DNA from: an uncultured Bacillota bacterium
Lineage (GTDB): Bacteria > Sysuimicrobiota > Sysuimicrobiia > Sysuimicrobiales > Segetimicrobiaceae
NCBI GenBank assembly: GCA_963804645.1
Contig: CAWDRG010000009.1
Span: 1,024,001-1,088,000 of the forward strand
Direction of reading: 5' to 3'
Length of the DNA stretch: 64,000 nucleotides
The notes below the pieces were generated by a model that was not told where the DNA came from, ran no database searches, and was given only the letters and a program-made list of their open reading frames with translations. Made by a program: the position numbers and the translations under genes. Positions 9,965-18,442 of the stretch are shown in pieces. The first letter of the stretch is position 1. Each line of letters starts with the position of its first letter.

Positions 9965-10763
9965 TGATGCTGGCGCCGGTGAAGTGCATGAACACGTCGT
10001 CCATCGACGCGCCGGCGCCGACCTGCGTCTTCAGCTCCTGCGGCGTGCCGATCACGGCCACGCGCCCGAGATGCATCACGGCGACGCGGTCGCACAGCCC
10101 GTCGGCCTCTTCCATGTAGTGCGTCGTGATCATCATCGTGGTGCGGAACGTGTCGCGCAGCCGCAGGACGTGCTCCCAGACGGCGCGGCGCGCGACCGGA
10201 TCGAGGCCGACCGTCGGCTCGTCCATGAACAGGACCGCCGGGCGGTGCAGCATCGCCTGCGCGATCTCGAGCCGGCGGATCATCCCGCCGGAGTACTGCC
10301 GCACCAGCTGCTGGGACGCGTCGGTGAGCCCGACGAGCTCGAGCGCCTCCGCGATGCGCTGCGACCGGTCCTCGGCGCGCAGGCCGTACAGCCGCGCGGA
10401 GACGAGGAGATTTTCGTATCCGGTCAGCGCCCCGTCGGCGGAGAGCGCCTGGGGCACGTAGCCGATCCGGCGCCGCACGCGGGACGGGTCCTGCGTCACG
10501 TCGCAGCCGGCCACCCAGGCCTGTCCCGCCGTCAGCGGCAGCAGCGTCGTCAAGATCTTGATCATCGTGCTCTTGCCCGCGCCGTTCGGGCCGAGCAGCC
10601 CGTAGATCTCGCTGGCGCCGACCTCGATGGACGCCTCGTTCACGGCGATGATGTCGCCGAAGCGCTTCGTCAGGTCCACCGTGCGGATCGTCGGCGCCGG
10701 CGTCTCTCGGGGGTGCTCGTCGATCGCCGGCGTCAGGACGGCGCCCGCTTGGTCGTCTGTCAT
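9900..10763 (-). CDS. ABC exporter ATP-binding protein (DrrA-like)
   Basis: GPNGAGKS, YSGGM, FMDEPT, TTHYMEEAD. Confidence 0.95.
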   Translation of the reverse strand: MTDDQAGAVLTPAIDEHPRETPAPTIRTVDLTKRFGDIIAVNEASIEVGASEIYGLLGPNGAGKSTMIKILTTLLPLTAGQAWVAGCDVTQDPSRVRRRIGYVPQALSADGALTGYENLLVSARLYGLRAEDRSQRIAEALELVGLTDASQQLVRQYSGGMIRRLEIAQAMLHRPAVLFMDEPTVGLDPVARRAVWEHVLRLRDTFRTTMMITTHYMEEADGLCDRVAVMHLGRVAVIGTPQELKTQVGAGASMDDVFMHFTGASINESGGNYGEVLRTRRTARRLS

Positions 10764-11254
10764 CGGTCTCCATTCACCTCCGTGTCCGTGAACGCTGCCG
10801 CCAGGGCGTCGAAGTGCTGGGTGAGGCGGCGGAGGGTCGTGTCCGGGAGTAGCGCCAGCACGCCCGCCGTCCGGCGCCGTGCCGCTTCTTTGGCGCCTTC
10901 GAACTGAGTCCGCCCGGCCGGCGTCAGCCGCAGCGTGACCTCACGCCGGTTCGCCAGGTTCGTCGTCCGGGTCGCGATGCCGCGGTCGACCAGCCGTCCG
11001 ACGAGCGCCGAGCACGTCGGCGGCGTCACGCCCAGGTGATCGGCGAGCGCCCGCAGCGTGCAGCCGCGATTCCGGTAAAGGTACGACATCGCGCGGTACT
11101 GCGCCATCGTGAGCCCCGGCATCCGGCGGCGCATCTGCGAGCGGATGAACCGCATGGCGAGCGGTGCCACGTCCAGCAGCCGCGCGGCGCATTCTCCCGC
11201 CGCCCGCGACGGGACAAGCCGGGCCGGTGCGCCCACGCCCGACCGGGGAATCAT
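10760..11254 (-). CDS. MarR family transcriptional regulator
   Basis: LTMAQY, LADHLGVTPPT, LVDRG, NRREVTLRLTPAG; 4-nt overlap with the ABC ATPase. Confidence 0.9.
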   Translation of the reverse strand: MIPRSGVGAPARLVPSRAAGECAARLLDVAPLAMRFIRSQMRRRMPGLTMAQYRAMSYLYRNRGCTLRALADHLGVTPPTCSALVGRLVDRGIATRTTNLANRREVTLRLTPAGRTQFEGAKEAARRRTAGVLALLPDTTLRRLTQHFDALAAAFTDTEVNGDR

Positions 11255-11273
11255 TCGATTCGCCTCGCGAACT

Positions 11274-11320
11274 GTTTGTGACACTAACTGTATAGTAGCG
11301 CGGACGCATCCACCTGTCAA
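11274..11320 (-). promoter_or_regulatory. Sigma70 promoter and probable MarR operator
   Basis: Minus strand TTGACA (11320-11315), 17 nt, TACTAT (11297-11292). Inverted repeat GTTTGTG-A-CACTAAC (11274-11288, one mismatch) lies over the expected transcription start. Confidence 0.75.
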
Positions 11321-11336
11321 CCGGACGGACCTGTGC

Positions 11337-12455
11337 CTAGCGTCGTGCGGGGGTCTGTTCCTTGAGGGCGGCGTCCAGGGCGTCCACGATGCGCTGCATC
11401 AGCGCGGGGCGCGCCTGCGCGCCGAGATGTCCGATCCGCACGACCTTGCCCGCGAGCTGGGTCAGGCCGCCGGAGATCGCAATGCCGTGGCGCGCGCGAA
11501 GCGCTGTGATCAGGGCATTCGCCTCGATACCCTCGGGAGGATACGCGACCGTCACGGTGGGCGAGGCCCACCGTTCGTCCGCGAATGGCCGAAAACCGAG
11601 GCGCTCCAGGCCCCGCCGTAGCAGCAACTGCGCCTCCCGGTGGCGCGCGTACCGCGCATCGAGTCCCTCGGCGAGGATGCGCTCGAGCGCGCGGTCCAGC
11701 GCGAAGATGTTGTTCGTCGCGATCGTCACGGGGTACGGGTGGTGGGGCCAGATGCGCTCGTACTCGCGCCAGGTCCGCAGATTGAGATACCAGCCCCGCG
11801 GGCCGCCGGACTGCCGGTCGATGACGTCCCAGCCGACCTGGGTGACCGCGACCGGCGCGAGGCCGGGGGGCGCTTCTAGGCACTTCTGCGACGCGGACGA
11901 CACCGCGGCGAATCCCCACGCGTCGGTCTCGACGGGCATGCCGCCGAGCGACGACACCGCGTCGACCGCGACCGGGACGCCTTCCTCGCGGGCCGCGGCC
12001 GCGATCTCCTGGACGGGGTTAATGACGCCGGTCGACGTGTCGCTGTGCACTACCGCGAGCAGTCCGACCTTAGTGCGCCGCAACCACGTCCGGACTTCGC
12101 CGGGGTCGGCCGGCCGCTCCCATGGGATCGCGAGCGTCTCCACGCGGGACGAATGCGACTCCGCGATCTGCCGCACGCGGTCGCCGAAAAATCCGTTGAC
12201 GACGACCCCGACCGATCCGTCGGCGCCGATCAGCGTGCTCAGCATCGCCTCGATGCCGCCGGTGCCCGAGCTGGGCAGCGGATAGATCGAGCCCGCGGTC
12301 CGGTAGACCTGGCGGAGGCGGCCGATGAACGCGTGGTAGAAGACGAGCCACTCGTCGCCGTAGTGCTGGCGCGGCTGCTGCGCCATCGCGGCAAGCACGT
12401 CCGGTTCGACGGGGACCGGCCCGGGGATATGGAGGGCGATCTCCTTCTCAGCCAT
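11337..12455 (-). CDS. Class V PLP aminotransferase (alanine-glyoxylate/serine-pyruvate family)
   Basis: IPGPV, SGTGGIEA, HSDTSTG, DAVSS, SQKCLEAPPG, RIGHLG. Confidence 0.92.
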   Translation of the reverse strand: MAEKEIALHIPGPVPVEPDVLAAMAQQPRQHYGDEWLVFYHAFIGRLRQVYRTAGSIYPLPSSGTGGIEAMLSTLIGADGSVGVVVNGFFGDRVRQIAESHSSRVETLAIPWERPADPGEVRTWLRRTKVGLLAVVHSDTSTGVINPVQEIAAAAREEGVPVAVDAVSSLGGMPVETDAWGFAAVSSASQKCLEAPPGLAPVAVTQVGWDVIDRQSGGPRGWYLNLRTWREYERIWPHHPYPVTIATNNIFALDRALERILAEGLDARYARHREAQLLLRRGLERLGFRPFADERWASPTVTVAYPPEGIEANALITALRARHGIAISGGLTQLAGKVVRIGHLGAQARPALMQRIVDALDAALKEQTPARR

Positions 12456-12581
12456 GAACACGAGCCTCCTCGTCGCGGGATACGCGTGCCGGTTCGGTGG
12501 CGGCGGGCCGGCCTCCTGTAGGGCGGACGAAGGCCCGGGCGGCCGCCGGCCGCCCGGGCCACGGGATCGCGCCGCGCGCGG

Positions 12582-13491
12582 CTAGAGCAGCCCGACGCTC
12601 TTCAGCCAGTCGGTCGTCGCCTGGCTGACCGACTTGCCGTTCACGACCTCGAGCTGCAGCTCCTGGCTCACTTCGGAGGTGAGCTTCGGCGCCAGCGGGT
12701 TCAGCGTCGTGGCGATCGCGGGGTCGCGGTGGAGCGTGTCGTCCCGCACGATCGGCGCCGGGTGGTAGATCGGGAACAGATGCTTGTCGTCCGTGAGCAG
12801 CACGAATTTGTCCTTGGCGATCAAGCGCGCTCGTCGTGTAGCAGACGTTCACGTCGGCCTTGCCTTCCTGGACCGCGGAGAACGTCAGCGGTTCGACAAG
12901 CACCGTCGCCTTGCCGAACGTGAAGCCGTACCGGCTGTTCATGCCGGGCAGCACGTTGGGGTCGGTCTGGCCGTCCGGCGGCGTCGCGACGGTCAGCGTG
13001 GACGCGGCGGACCCGAGGTCCGAGACCTTCGTGGCGTGCAGCTGGCCCGCGCGCGCCTGCGTCGAGCAGATGCCGTAGGTATCGTTCAGCGGCGCGAACG
13101 CGAGCCACGTGATGTGGAACTGCTTCTCGTAGCCGGCCTTGACGAGCGCGTAGTCCTGCTGATCGTTGTGCGTGGACGTCAGCTTGAGCCGCGCCAGGCC
13201 GGTCGCCGTGAACTCGGGGTAAAGGTCGATCTGCCCGCTCACGATCGCGTTGTGGACGATGTCGTTCGTTCCGAGCTTCGCCTTCTCGGTGACGTCAAAC
13301 CCCGCGTGCCGAAGCAGCTGCGTATACATCTCGGTCAGCAGCTGCGCTTCGGTGTCCAGCTTGCCTCCGACCGTGAGATGCCCCATCGCGGCGGCTCCCG
13401 CCGCGGTCCAGGAGCCTCCGCCCGCGACGAGCAGCGCAATCGAGAGCGTGCACGCCGCGAAGGCGCGCAGAGCGCGAACGTATCGTCCCAT
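12582..13491 (-). pseudogene. Osmoprotectant (glycine betaine/choline) ABC substrate-binding protein, split by a 1-nt frameshift near 12823 (possible assembly error)
   Basis: Signal peptide, GGKLDTEAQLL, DLYPEFTAT and NDTY in one frame; LTDDKHLFPIYHPAPIVR continues in another. Removing one base from CTTGATC restores TTSAL-IAKDK. Confidence 0.85.
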
Positions 13492-13574
13492 CTATCGTCC
13501 CCTCCTCGTGGTGCTCGAATCGAGCCGTGTGTGCACGTGATGTCCGCGTTCCGAGCGCGGCGTGCGGGTGCGTC

Positions 13575-14228
13575 TCACCTCCGGACCGGCTCCGAGACTC
13601 CCGCAGGGGTGAGGGCGCGTTGCGCCCATCCCAGCGACAGCTCGGCGGCCATCGCGAGCAGCGTCACCGGGACCGCTCCCGCGAGGATCTGGGTCGTATC
13701 GACCTGATAGAGGCCGGACAAGATGTAGTCGCCGTACCCGCCGGCTCCAATGATCGACGCGAGGGTCGCCGTCGCGACGATCTGCACGACTGACGTCCGG
13801 ACGCCCGCGGCGACGACGGGCAGGACCAGCGGGAGCTGGATCCGCCGCACGATCTGCCACCGCGTCATCCCGCAGCCGCGGGCGGCGTCGATCATCGCCG
13901 GGTCGATGCCGCGGATGCCGGTGTACGTGTTCAGGAGGATCGGCGGGATGCCGAGCACGGCGAGGGCCACGAGCGACGGCGTGAAGCCGAGCCCGAGATA
14001 CGGAATCGCGAACGCGAGAAACGCGATCACGGGGATCGCGCGCATGAATCCGCTCACGTTGATCGCGAGGAACGCCAGCACGGGGCGCCGCGACACGGCG
14101 ATGCCGAGCGGCGTGCCGATGACGATGGCCAGCGCAGACGCAGCGGCGCACAGCGTGATGTACTGGAGGGTGTGCGCCGCGTAGGTGTTGGCGGGGTCGG
14201 CGATGAACGCGGCGAGGCGCCCTAGCAC
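13575..14228 (-). CDS. Osmoprotectant ABC permease
   Basis: PPILLNTYTG, DAARGCGM EAA-loop, IGAGGYG. Confidence 0.92.
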   Translation of the reverse strand: MLGRLAAFIADPANTYAAHTLQYITLCAAASALAIVIGTPLGIAVSRRPVLAFLAINVSGFMRAIPVIAFLAFAIPYLGLGFTPSLVALAVLGIPPILLNTYTGIRGIDPAMIDAARGCGMTRWQIVRRIQLPLVLPVVAAGVRTSVVQIVATATLASIIGAGGYGDYILSGLYQVDTTQILAGAVPVTLLAMAAELSLGWAQRALTPAGVSEPVRR

Positions 14229-14265
14229 GGCTGCGTCCTCCCGCCGCGCGGGCGCGGACGCGCGC

Positions 14266-14922
14266 TCATGCGGTCGTCACCGGGAGGCGCCCGCGGTTCA
14301 GCGCCTGCTGGACGAACAGCAGCACGACGTCGGCGGTGACGGCCAGCGCCCCGATCACGATGCCGCCGCCGAGCACCTCGTCGTAGTTGCTGTTCTGGAT
14401 GCCCGTGAAGATCAGGTCGCCGAGCCCGCCGGCACCGACCAGGGCCGCCAGGGAGGCGATGCCGATCGTGGTCACGGTCGCCACCCGGACGCCGGCGACG
14501 ATCAGGGGAAGGGCCAGCGGCAGCACGATGCGGCGCAGGATCTGGCCGCGGTCCATCCCCATCGCGCGCGCCGCCTCGAGCAGCACCGGGTCGATCCCGT
14601 CGATCGCGGCGACCGTGTTCCGGATCAGCACCAGTTGCGCGTACAGGATCAGCGGGATGATGATCGTCGTCGCATTGAGCCCGGTGAACGGGACGAGGAA
14701 GGAGAGCAGCGCGAGGCCCGGGATCGTATAGAGCAGGCCGGCGACGGTGATCACGGGCAGGTACAGCCGGCGGTACCGCGAGATCGCCACGGCGAGCGGC
14801 AGCGCGATCACGACGGAAATGAGCATGCTCGTCGCGACGATCGACAGGTGCTGCGCGACAAGATGCGGCAGGCTCGACGGGTCGGCGAGGTTGTACCGGG
14901 CGGGATCCAGCAGGAACGGCAT
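14266..14922 (-). CDS. Osmoprotectant ABC permease
   Basis: YTIPGLAL, EAARAMGM, VGAGGLGD. Confidence 0.92.
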   Translation of the reverse strand: MPFLLDPARYNLADPSSLPHLVAQHLSIVATSMLISVVIALPLAVAISRYRRLYLPVITVAGLLYTIPGLALLSFLVPFTGLNATTIIIPLILYAQLVLIRNTVAAIDGIDPVLLEAARAMGMDRGQILRRIVLPLALPLIVAGVRVATVTTIGIASLAALVGAGGLGDLIFTGIQNSNYDEVLGGGIVIGALAVTADVVLLFVQQALNRGRLPVTTA

Positions 14923-14962
14923 CGTCGCGTCTACCGGGCCGCGGCGTGCGCGCGCGCGCGGG

Positions 14963-15970
14963 TCATCGGGCGGGCGCGGGCTCGCCGCGGCGGGTGCTGG
15001 CGATGTGACGGTTGATGGACGCGAGCGTGACGAATCCCATCGGCGCGCCGCCCTCGTCCTCGACGGCGAGCGCGGCCGCGCCCGTGTCGAGCAGCGTGAC
15101 GATGGCGTTGAGCAGCGTGGCGGTCGGACGGACGCGGGGCGCCCCGTCGTGCGCGCGGCCGTCGGCCGGGCCGGGCTCGAGCGCCATGGTGACCGGCAGG
15201 TACTCGAGCTGGCGGACGATGTTGTCCGCTCCCATGAGCTGGCTCACAAACTCGTTCGCCGGGCGCGCGAGGATCTCGATCGGCGTGCCGACCTGCGCCA
15301 GGTGCCCCTCCGACATGACCGCGATCTGATCGCCAAGGCGGAGCGCCTCTTCGACGTCGTGCGTGACGAACAGAATCGTCTTGCGGACGCCGCGCTGGAT
15401 CCGCAACAGCTCCTGCTGCATGCGGCCGCGCGTGATGGCGTCGAGCGCGCCGAACGGCTCGTCCATCAGGAGCAGTCCGGGGTCCGCGGCGAGCGCCCGC
15501 GCGATCCCGACCCGCTGCTGCTCCCCGCCCGAGAGCTGCCGGGGAAAGCGTTGCCGGTACTCGCGGGGCACGAGCCCGACGAGCGTGAGCAGCTCGTCGA
15601 CGCGGCCGGCCAGACGGTCCCGCTCCCAGCCCGCGATCTCGGCCGTCACCCGGACGTTCTCCGCGATCGTCATGTGCGGAAACAGGCCGACCTGCTGGAT
15701 CACGTAACCGATCCGCCGCCGCAGGGCGATGGGGTCCTCGTCGAGGACGTTGCGTCCGTCGATCAGGATCGCCCCCGCGCTCGGCTCGATCAGGCGGTTG
15801 ACCATGCGCATGAGCGTCGTCTTGCCGGACCCCGATGTGCCGACGATCATGCAGATCGTGCCCGCGCGCACGTCGAAACTGACGGCATCCACCGCGGGTC
15901 GGGGGGCCTGGGGGTAGTGTTTCGAAACGCCGCGAAACGCGATCTTGGCCACGCCGTCCAGGCTGTTCAT
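14963..15970 (-). CDS. Osmoprotectant ABC ATP-binding protein with C-terminal CBS-like region
   Basis: GTSGSGKT, LRRRIGYVIQQVGLFPH, LSGGEQQR, MDEPFGALD. Confidence 0.93.
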   Translation of the reverse strand: MNSLDGVAKIAFRGVSKHYPQAPRPAVDAVSFDVRAGTICMIVGTSGSGKTTLMRMVNRLIEPSAGAILIDGRNVLDEDPIALRRRIGYVIQQVGLFPHMTIAENVRVTAEIAGWERDRLAGRVDELLTLVGLVPREYRQRFPRQLSGGEQQRVGIARALAADPGLLLMDEPFGALDAITRGRMQQELLRIQRGVRKTILFVTHDVEEALRLGDQIAVMSEGHLAQVGTPIEILARPANEFVSQLMGADNIVRQLEYLPVTMALEPGPADGRAHDGAPRVRPTATLLNAIVTLLDTGAAALAVEDEGGAPMGFVTLASINRHIASTRRGEPAPAR

Positions 15971-16113
15971 GCACGCCCCTGGCTCGAGCCTCGGTAAGCT
16001 GCTGGCCGTACGGTTCCTTATTATAGGCGAGGAGGGTGGCATTTGCAAAAGGCCGCGGCGCGTGCATCCGTCGGGCGGAGTTGGTCCGCCGGACGCGGTG
16101 TATAATGTCTGGC

Positions 16114-16872
16114 GTGGCCTCCGCGTTCGCACGTCCTGCGATCAGCGCCGAGCACCTGACGAAGCGGTACGGTGACACGGTGGTGGTGGAGGATCTCTCG
16201 TTCACCATCGGCCGCGGCGAGATCGTCGGCTTCCTCGGCCCGAACGGCGCGGGGAAGACGACGACGCTCGGCATGCTGCTCGGGCTGCTCAACCCGACTC
16301 GGGGCGCGGTGCGCATCCTCGACCTGCCGATGCCCCAGGAGCGGCAGCGGATCCTGGCGCACGTCAACTTCACGTCGCCGTACGTCTCCCTTCCCGGGAA
16401 CCTCACCGTGTGCGAAAATCTGTTTGTGTTCGCGCGGCTGTACGGCGTGGCGGGGGCGCGGGGCCGCATCGACCGCCTGCTCGAGCGGTTCGGGCTGGTC
16501 GCGCTGCGCGACCGCGCGGCGGGGCGGCTGTCGTCCGGCGAGGGCACGCGGTTGGGGCTCGTCAAGGCGCTGCTCAACGATCCCGAGGTCCTGTTCCTCG
16601 ACGAGCCGACGGCCAGCCTCGACCCGGACAGCGCCGACCGCGTGCGTGCGGTCCTGCGCGACATCGTGGCGGAGCGCGCGATGACGCTCTTCTATACCTC
16701 CCACAACATGCAGGAGGTCGAGCGGTTGAGCGACCGCATCCTGTTCCTGCACCGCGGCCGCCTGCTCGCGGACGGCACGCCGGCCGACGTGCTGCGTCGG
16801 TTCGAGCGGGACACGCTCGAGCGCATGTTCCTCGACCTCGCGCGCGAGGAGGAGAGCGCGTGGACGCGGTAG
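16114..16872 (+). CDS. ABC exporter ATP-binding protein
   Basis: GPNGAGKT, LSSGE, LDEPT, SHNM. Start is ATG 16105 or GTG 16114; TATAAT at 16101-16106 favours the latter. Confidence 0.92.
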   Translation: MASAFARPAISAEHLTKRYGDTVVVEDLSFTIGRGEIVGFLGPNGAGKTTTLGMLLGLLNPTRGAVRILDLPMPQERQRILAHVNFTSPYVSLPGNLTVCENLFVFARLYGVAGARGRIDRLLERFGLVALRDRAAGRLSSGEGTRLGLVKALLNDPEVLFLDEPTASLDPDSADRVRAVLRDIVAERAMTLFYTSHNMQEVERLSDRILFLHRGRLLADGTPADVLRRFERDTLERMFLDLAREEESAWTR

Positions 16873-17690
16873 CCGCGGCGGTCCCCCCGCTGCGCCGGGG
16901 CCTCAGCGGCGGCCGGATCCTGGCGCTGCTGCAGCGCCAGGTGTACCTGTACCGGCGCAGCCTGATCCGGTCGCTCGAGATCGTGTACTGGCCGCTGATG
17001 GACCTGCTGGTGTGGGGCTTCCTGAGCGTGTACGTCGCAAAGCTTCAAGGCGGCGCCGGGGCGATCGCGTTTCTCCTCGGCGGGATGATCTTGTGGGACC
17101 TGTTCTTCCGGGCCCAGCAGGCGATCTCGGTGTCGTTTCTCGAGGACATCTGGACGCGCAACCTCATCAACGTCTTCGTGAGCCCGATCAGCACCGCGGA
17201 GTTTCTGTGCGCCACGATGCTGCTCGGCGTGTTGAAGGTGGTCGTCGTCGGCGCGCTGCTCGGCGTCCTCGCGCTCGCCTTCTACGCCTTCAACATCTTT
17301 CACTACGGGCTGCCGCTGCTGCCGTTCGTCCTCAACCTGATCGCCGCCGCGTGGGGCATGGGGATCATCACGACCGCGCTCATCCTCCGGTTCGGTCAGG
17401 GCGCCGAGGCGCTGGCCTGGGCGGTCGCGTTCCTGTTCCAGCCGTTCTCGGCGGTGTTCTATCCGGTCGCGGTGCTGCCGCCGGCCGTGCAGCGCGTCGC
17501 CTGGCTCCTGCCCACGACGCACGCGTTCGAGGGCATGCGCGCGGTGCTCGCGGGGAAGCCCCTGCCGTGGGAGCACGTGGCGTGGGCGGCGGCCAGCAAC
17601 GTGGTGCTGTTCGCGATCGCCGTCGGCGTGTTCGCGTGGGTGATGCGCATCGCGCGCGAGCAGGGCCTGCTGCTCCGCTCGGAGGGATAG
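16860..17690 (+). CDS. ABC-2 exporter permease
   Basis: Six TM segments; YWPLMDLLVWGF, FLEDIWTRNL, VFYPV; GGAG RBS before GTG 16860. Confidence 0.9.
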   Translation: MDAVAAAVPPLRRGLSGGRILALLQRQVYLYRRSLIRSLEIVYWPLMDLLVWGFLSVYVAKLQGGAGAIAFLLGGMILWDLFFRAQQAISVSFLEDIWTRNLINVFVSPISTAEFLCATMLLGVLKVVVVGALLGVLALAFYAFNIFHYGLPLLPFVLNLIAAAWGMGIITTALILRFGQGAEALAWAVAFLFQPFSAVFYPVAVLPPAVQRVAWLLPTTHAFEGMRAVLAGKPLPWEHVAWAAASNVVLFAIAVGVFAWVMRIAREQGLLLRSEG

Positions 17691-17692
17691 GG

Positions 17693-18442
17693 ATGGACGG
17701 ACGCACGGCGGTCGATCGCGGGCCTCTCGAGGAGGGCGGCCGTGTCCTCGCCGGCACCTCGGGCTTCGCGTTCGCCCAGTGGAAGGGCGGGTTCTACCCC
17801 GAGGGCCTCCCAAACGACCGGTTCCTGTCGCACTACGCGTCGGTGCTGCCGACGGTCGAGATCAACGTGTCGTTCTACCGGATGCCGACATCGTCGATGC
17901 TCGCCGGCTGGGCGGCGCAGACGCCGGAGGCCTTCCGGTTCGCGATCAAGGCGCACCGGCGCATCACGCATCAGAAGCGCCTCCGCGACGTGGACGATGA
18001 CCTGCGGTGGCTGTACGAGCGGGTGTCGGAGCTCGGGCCCCGGCTCGGGCCGGTGCTGTTTCAGCTGCCGCCCACGCTGCGCCGGGACCTCGAGCTGCTC
18101 GAGCGGTTTCTCGCCGCGCTCCCGCCGCTGCCGTACACGGCCGTCGAGTTTCGCCACGCGAGCTGGCACGACGAGGCGACCTACGCGCTGCTGCGCAAGT
18201 ACCGGGCGGCCTTCTGCATCGCCGAGGACGACAAGAGCTGCGAGCCGCTCGTGTATACCGCGCCGTTCGCCTACTACCGGCTGCACCGGCTCCGGTACAC
18301 GGACGAGCAGCTGCAGACGTGGATCGAGCAGATCCGGGCCCACGCCGAGCTCCGCCCCGTGTTCTGCTACTTCACGCACGAGACCGGCACCGAAGCGGTC
18401 GAGTACGCTTCGCGGCTCCTCGCGGCGGTCCGTGGGACTTAA
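17693..18442 (+). CDS. DUF72 (YecE-like) TIM-barrel protein
   Basis: GTSGF, WKGGFYP, TVEINVSFY, ITHQKRL, LFQLPP, VEFRHASW. Confidence 0.92.
   Translation: MDGRTAVDRGPLEEGGRVLAGTSGFAFAQWKGGFYPEGLPNDRFLSHYASVLPTVEINVSFYRMPTSSMLAGWAAQTPEAFRFAIKAHRRITHQKRLRDVDDDLRWLYERVSELGPRLGPVLFQLPPTLRRDLELLERFLAALPPLPYTAVEFRHASWHDEATYALLRKYRAAFCIAEDDKSCEPLVYTAPFAYYRLHRLRYTDEQLQTWIEQIRAHAELRPVFCYFTHETGTEAVEYASRLLAAVRGT

Noticed and set aside
17742..18431. Apparent long N-terminal extensions or fusions in track ORFs (LigD 1152 aa, ALDH 766 aa, aminotransferase 856 aa, 61017..63065)
   Set aside because: The extensions are off-frame read-through of upstream genes; family N-termini, and in most cases an RBS, mark shorter starts.
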